Positions 59,756 to 64,000 of a DNA stretch of 64,000 bases are shown piece after piece (positions within the stretch are counted from its first letter, which is position 1; each line of letters begins with the position of its first letter). The position numbers and the translations under genes are program-made. A model generated the notes under the pieces. The model saw nothing but the letters and a program-made list of their open reading frames with translations. It searched no databases and was not told the DNA's origin. Where the stretch lies: the NCBI GenBank assembly GCA_001771365.1, contig METP01000033.1, forward strand, positions 11,325 to 75,324. The letters run 5' to 3'. The stretch is from a candidate division WOR-1 bacterium RIFCSPLOWO2_02_FULL_46_20 (GTDB lineage Bacteria; Margulisbacteria; WOR-1; O2-12-FULL-45-9).

Positions 59756-61741
59756 CTATTCGAGCGGCGGCACGTATCCGTGCGGCCCCGCGTCGTTTAA
59801 TTCAATTGATAAATTTCTGAAAGAGCCGTACCACCAGCTGCTGTCGATAACATCAACCAGCCCATTTTGATCCAGATCGGCACGAATAAACGGGTCAGCT
59901 ATAACATCTTCCCCGGTACTATTAAACCTGCTGAACAACCTGTACCAATGCGAAGCGTCAATTACATCGATGTAATTGTTGCTATCAAGGTCACCAACCC
60001 TAAACATTGTCCTGTTATTAAAAGTCAGCAAGGCATCTGGCTTATCTGCAGATGGCCCATAAGGTGTTTCCTTATAAATTCTATCAGCCGGCGCGTCAGC
60101 TAGTGTCGGATCGGCTGTTAAGTCCAAACGTGTAGTGGAAGCGTCTCTCTCTGCTCCGGTTATCAAGTTAATAAGTCTATTAGTAATAACCGACATATGG
60201 CCAAAACCGACTAAAGCAGGAGTTAACCATTGTTTGACCACTATGTAATAATCATTATCGGACATAGGCGTCCCTGCTCCAAATTCTGTGCCATCAGGTC
60301 TAAGAAAACCGTTCCTACCGGTTGTCTTGTCAGAATTTTCTGATAATATTATGTCGGCATATCCTACCAGGGACGTTGCCGCGGCTGGGCTGGCGCCCGT
60401 CCTAGCTTCCACCCTGACTATTTGAGGAATAGTATGGCTCCAAGTAGTCGTGTTGACTAGAGCCTGGAACAGGGCCGAAACTCTGATTTGAGGACCATAC
60501 GGAATATCAACAATTTGATAGCCGATATAAATACTAAAACGCTGTTCAGCTGTCGCTCCAAAACTATCGGTCACCTTAATAACAAACTCATAAGTTCCCC
60601 GAGCTGTCGGAATCCCGCTAATGGTATTGCCTGCTAAAGCCAATTCCGGAGGAAGCTCTCCAAAAGTTATGCTCCAGGTATATGGCTCTGTTCCCCCTGC
60701 AGCCTCTAGATTCACGGCATAATTAACCCCCACCGTACCCGCCGCCAAAGAATCGGTTGTTATTTGCAATGGACCTGTTCCTTCCCGCACCAGTTGAAAA
60801 TCCAACATCGTTGTCCGTCCCGCTTCAATTGCGACATTCTCTTGGGCAAAAGGAATATAGCCTGTTTTAGAAGCAGTTACAGTGTAGCTCGCGGGCTGCA
60901 CCCCACCAATAGTATACATCCCATCATCCCCGGTTACTGCGCTAAGGTCACCAATACTAACTAGTACGCCTGGAATTAGAGACGAACCGGTTACCTGTCC
61001 CGCTAATCCTCCTAAATCACCAGGATCACTTGAAGGCGTAAGCGTGATATTCAACTGACTCGTAGCCCCAGCCTCGATTACAACATCACTAATAGTTGCT
61101 GTTTGATAATCAGCCGCTGTCGCGGTTACCGTATAAGTACCTGGTAATATATTGGTGACGCGATAAGTACCGTCTAAACCACTCTGCGCGCTAGAACCAG
61201 CGATAGTTACAGTAACATTCCTAATCAAATTGCCAAAACTATTAGTCACAACGCCTTCTAGTGTGCCACCCCCCGGCTCAACTGGCCCTTCGCCTGCAAC
61301 CAAAGCAATTGCCCCGATCGCCGTAAAACCTTCAACAGCATTCCAGGCAGCAATAAAGTTAGTCAATGGCACAGGATTCTTGCCAAAACCATCGCGGCTA
61401 TAAACCCCAACATAATATTGATCGATATTCGCGCGAGTGGTCAGGTCAGTATGCACAGCTGTGCCGTAAGTAAAATACAATTCGTAGAGATTAACCATAA
61501 AATTACCGGACGCGTCTGTCAGAGCCTGACCGGCAATTGGCCTGATATTATCTGTCTTATACACAAAGACGCGGTAATCAGAGAGAGCCCCATCATCCGG
61601 ACGCGAAACGGTTCCAATTAATGGATAAGAAGGTAAAACATAGCCCTCTGGATTGGCGGGCAAAACAGCCAGGGACCGGCTGGCGCCGAAAGCCAGAAAG
61701 AGCGATACTATTAATAAACCTATAACAAATCTATGCTTCAA
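59756..61741 (-). CDS. Secreted protein with CarboxypepD_reg-like beta-sandwich domains and a C-terminal type-I dockerin pair
   Basis: Carries GTYTVTATAADYQTATISDVVIEAGATSQLNITL and ASYTVTASKTGYIPFAQENVAIEAGRTTMLDFQL. The dockerin segments are DLDSNNYIDVIDASHWYRLF and DLDQNGLVDVIDSSWWYGSF. Confidence 0.6.
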   Translation of the reverse strand: MKHRFVIGLLIVSLFLAFGASRSLAVLPANPEGYVLPSYPLIGTVSRPDDGALSDYRVFVYKTDNIRPIAGQALTDASGNFMVNLYELYFTYGTAVHTDLTTRANIDQYYVGVYSRDGFGKNPVPLTNFIAAWNAVEGFTAIGAIALVAGEGPVEPGGGTLEGVVTNSFGNLIRNVTVTIAGSSAQSGLDGTYRVTNILPGTYTVTATAADYQTATISDVVIEAGATSQLNITLTPSSDPGDLGGLAGQVTGSSLIPGVLVSIGDLSAVTGDDGMYTIGGVQPASYTVTASKTGYIPFAQENVAIEAGRTTMLDFQLVREGTGPLQITTDSLAAGTVGVNYAVNLEAAGGTEPYTWSITFGELPPELALAGNTISGIPTARGTYEFVIKVTDSFGATAEQRFSIYIGYQIVDIPYGPQIRVSALFQALVNTTTWSHTIPQIVRVEARTGASPAAATSLVGYADIILSENSDKTTGRNGFLRPDGTEFGAGTPMSDNDYYIVVKQWLTPALVGFGHMSVITNRLINLITGAERDASTTRLDLTADPTLADAPADRIYKETPYGPSADKPDALLTFNNRTMFRVGDLDSNNYIDVIDASHWYRLFSRFNSTGEDVIADPFIRADLDQNGLVDVIDSSWWYGSFRNLSIELNDAGPHGYVPPLE

Positions 61742-61751
61742 TTATCTCCTC

Positions 61752-62957
61752 TTATTGAGACACATTGCTAATCGTTGCCACGAGCGGAACTGTTAATCCT
61801 TTCATATAGACCTGATACCCTTGTGTCGCGCTTAATGGAGTGTTAAGTAACAGGCTACCTTCAAAACCTGTTTCAGCGGCATTCACCTTGACCCCAATAA
61901 TATTCCCGTCGTTATCTACATAACCAAAAGTAGAGACCCTGGTTGGGCCGCCAAGAACAGCGATCAATTCCCCAACCGTGTTGAAACCGGTCGTACCGAC
62001 ATACCAATTCCCCAACCCACCTGCAGGCATACCCAGGGCAAAGAAATTAAGACCATTAATAAAGTTAATGGTGGTGGAAAGAGTGCCGGGGATTCCAGAT
62101 CCACCTAAAAGTGTCCACTCGTCAGCAATTTTATTAGCCGCGTCATCAGTTGAAGAAAACCAGTTCCTGTTCCAAGCACGGATACTGTACGTCGCTCCCG
62201 CCACAAAATAGGATCCTGTTAATGTGAATGTCCCACTACTTTGGTTAATTAGAGAAGGCCCGATCACACCATCAGCGGCGCGAACTGCGACAGGCGCCGC
62301 ATCGCCAACCTTCACAATCTCAACTGCATAAGTGCTACTAGCACCTCCAACCTCAATAATATTAGGAGATGCGCCGGGAACAGCCGATACCCTTATTGTG
62401 AGCGTAGTTTCAGTATTATTTGTTTCTCCAATACGTGTTTGAGCTTCCTGGATACTCAGGGTTGGCGCGTAAGGCGCACCTTTCAGATGATCGGTTGTCC
62501 CGCTAATAAAATAATCTTTGGCTTCAGTTGCCGATAAAGCCAGATTTGAGGACGCCCAGGCTGTTCCGGTATAGTAATTTCCGGTATTAACAATTTTATA
62601 ATGCAGTCCATCTCCTGCCAGCGCTAAGACATAAACATTGCCTGTGCCTGCAAAATCGTAGCGGAAAACATCAAAATCTCCGGCCGACCGGTAAGTTGAA
62701 TACCCGGAGGGAGCAAAAGTGGTTGCCGCAGCATTCGGCGCTGGACTAGAATTAAAAAATAGAAAATTAGTCGGCGCGACAGTTTCCGGATTCGGAGTCA
62801 TTGTAGCGTTGGAATCATCTAAAACTTTATAGGTTCCACCATTACCACTGATTGAGATAGAACCATTAACTGTTGCCTGAGCCATCCCGGAAAAAAGAAA
62901 CAACAAAGTAAATATTTCAAAAACCAGCTTCCCGCGCCACTTTAACTTAAATTTCAT
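61752..62957 (-). CDS. Secreted hypothetical protein (401 aa)
   Basis: The signal peptide is MKFKLKWRGKLVFEIFTLLFLFSGMAQA. The protein is Gly/Thr/Ser-rich and likely beta-rich. The gene sits in the surface-protein operon. Confidence 0.45.
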   Translation of the reverse strand: MKFKLKWRGKLVFEIFTLLFLFSGMAQATVNGSISISGNGGTYKVLDDSNATMTPNPETVAPTNFLFFNSSPAPNAAATTFAPSGYSTYRSAGDFDVFRYDFAGTGNVYVLALAGDGLHYKIVNTGNYYTGTAWASSNLALSATEAKDYFISGTTDHLKGAPYAPTLSIQEAQTRIGETNNTETTLTIRVSAVPGASPNIIEVGGASSTYAVEIVKVGDAAPVAVRAADGVIGPSLINQSSGTFTLTGSYFVAGATYSIRAWNRNWFSSTDDAANKIADEWTLLGGSGIPGTLSTTINFINGLNFFALGMPAGGLGNWYVGTTGFNTVGELIAVLGGPTRVSTFGYVDNDGNIIGVKVNAAETGFEGSLLLNTPLSATQGYQVYMKGLTVPLVATISNVSQ

Positions 62958-62981
62958 TACAGATACCTCCTCAATTTATAA

Positions 62982-64000
62982 TTACGGTAACGACGGCGTC
63001 CATACCAGGGGCGCCGCTAATGGATCACGATAATAATAATAACCAACCATACCCGAAAGTCTGACGCCGGTTACGCCAAATTGACTCTGATTTACAGTAT
63101 CAAATCCTGGAGTTGGTAAAGCCAGACGGTTATAAATTAAAACCCTGTCTCCGGCGGCTGTACCTGCCCCAAAAACAGTGAACGCATACCGCGCCGGGAA
63201 TTGAACACTGAAAAGAGTATTGCCACCACTCATGGTTTCGGGAATGGCACTTAAAGGAACATTGCCAACCAGGGTAATTGTGATCTCACTACCCGTATTG
63301 TAATAGTAATAACCTTTGTCCGGATCAATCCCTAAAGTATTGGTCCAACCAACTCCAAGAAAGTCAGTTGTATTAAAACCAGTTCTGTCACCAGTTTGTT
63401 TATAAATACGGCTACCGGCAACATAGCCTGCCCCATCACCAAAATTCTGATTACCCATAATTCGGTCCATATTGCCAATTAATCTTAAAGGCACACTAAA
63501 GAAGGTGTTCCCTCCACCAAAAGCATAATTAATCTTACCCACCGCCCAGGCCGACGCGATATAGGAGGGATCACCATCAACAGGAGAAACATCTGGATCA
63601 ATATTTGCAACCAACGCTTTGTAATATCGTTCATCGTTGCCGGTACCGACCTGGCCATTATCCGAGTATGGAGAAACAGTAATGTCGGGAGCCAGAAGAG
63701 TCCATCCGGTCGTATTAGAAAATTGTCCGGTACCGTCACCATTTAAATAGTAGATATCTATCGCGGGATAGGCAGTTGTATTCCAATTTAATTCAATATT
63801 AGGACCGTTTCTGGCAATTGTCAGAGGGACGGTCCCTTCGGGTACTGGTGGTTCTCCCCCCAGGGTAAGACTGAAATTTACCATCACAGGGGTCTCATTT
63901 ACCAAATTGGCAGGTGCATTCGCCGACGCATAACCGGCGGCCACACAATTTACGGTGTAATTACCGTAAGTAATATTAAAAATCATATATTCTCCGCCAA
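62982..64000 (-). CDS. Secreted/surface protein, 5'-partial (continues beyond the window)
   Basis: The first in-window Met lies inside a CarboxypepD_reg-like motif (GNYTVNCVAAGYAS). The ORF is open to the window edge. Confidence 0.4.
   Translation of the reverse strand, partial: GGEYMIFNITYGNYTVNCVAAGYASANAPANLVNETPVMVNFSLTLGGEPPVPEGTVPLTIARNGPNIELNWNTTAYPAIDIYYLNGDGTGQFSNTTGWTLLAPDITVSPYSDNGQVGTGNDERYYKALVANIDPDVSPVDGDPSYIASAWAVGKINYAFGGGNTFFSVPLRLIGNMDRIMGNQNFGDGAGYVAGSRIYKQTGDRTGFNTTDFLGVGWTNTLGIDPDKGYYYYNTGSEITITLVGNVPLSAIPETMSGGNTLFSVQFPARYAFTVFGAGTAAGDRVLIYNRLALPTPGFDTVNQSQFGVTGVRLSGMVGYYYYRDPLAAPLVWTPSLP

Overview
This is a chromosomal segment from an unidentified bacterium, about 48-50% GC in the core genes. 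Scope: I did not search for rho-independent terminators. Only the two hairpins weighed in noticed_but_rejected were examined, and no terminator is called anywhere in the window. The presence of an outer membrane is inferred from an SLH-tethered beta-barrel protein and is not proven.

The core gene content is ordinary. From the left edge it runs: a partial site-2 protease with CBS domains, a DJ-1/PfpI protein, an RNase H-like protein, RNase P RNA (rnpB), a GIY-YIG nuclease, carA and carB, a UPF0182 membrane protein, a CPA2 antiporter, a LOG-family protein, ispE, rpsT, accD and accA, and two tandem tRNA-Leu genes. Further right lie a P-type Ca-ATPase, an APC permease, a complete F1Fo-ATPase operon (atpZ-like, atpBEFHAGDC), rho, murF, a third tRNA-Leu, a flagellar block (fliK-like, flgE/G-family, fliM, fliN, fliO, fliP, fliQ, fliR, flhB, flhA), and a cluster of large secreted surface proteins.

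The most interesting region lies immediately 3' of tRNA-Leu(CAG). It is an AT-rich (about 35% GC) island of roughly 4.1 kb. It carries a Clp-fold serine-peptidase-like gene, a 72-aa micro-ORF, a gamma-class N6-adenine DNA methyltransferase and a PD-ExK restriction endonuclease candidate. The island is bracketed by direct repeats (92 nt identical, about 110 nt similar). This fits R-M insertion with long target duplication.

The right-hand repeat copy sits behind a near-consensus sigma70 promoter plus a 40-nt leader. That promoter-leader module is duplicated about 7 kb away at 30144-30228. The repeat plus leader folds with long-range complementarity, which suggests an undescribed small RNA or att-like element. 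Just downstream is a gene whose core is about 10 tandem 21-bp repeats, a heptad GQKSL protein. Beyond that lies an orphan, truncated CheB methylesterase domain.

Other unusual items are:
- A trehalose operon whose OtsA is fused to an N-terminal TM-sensor-TM-HAMP module, followed by otsB, a small secreted CxxCH protein with a Ca-binding-like motif, a conserved unknown protein and a TreT-like GT4 enzyme.
- A 913-aa secreted protein built from two homologous halves, of which only the second keeps an SHGC (L,D-transpeptidase-like) motif.
- A micro-protein translationally coupled to the Ca-ATPase.
- A C-terminally truncated ATP synthase epsilon subunit.
- A 16-bp inverted repeat between rnpB and the GIY-YIG gene.
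- A surface-protein operon that contains a dockerin pair and a T9SS-CTD/FlgD-Ig-like C-terminal domain.
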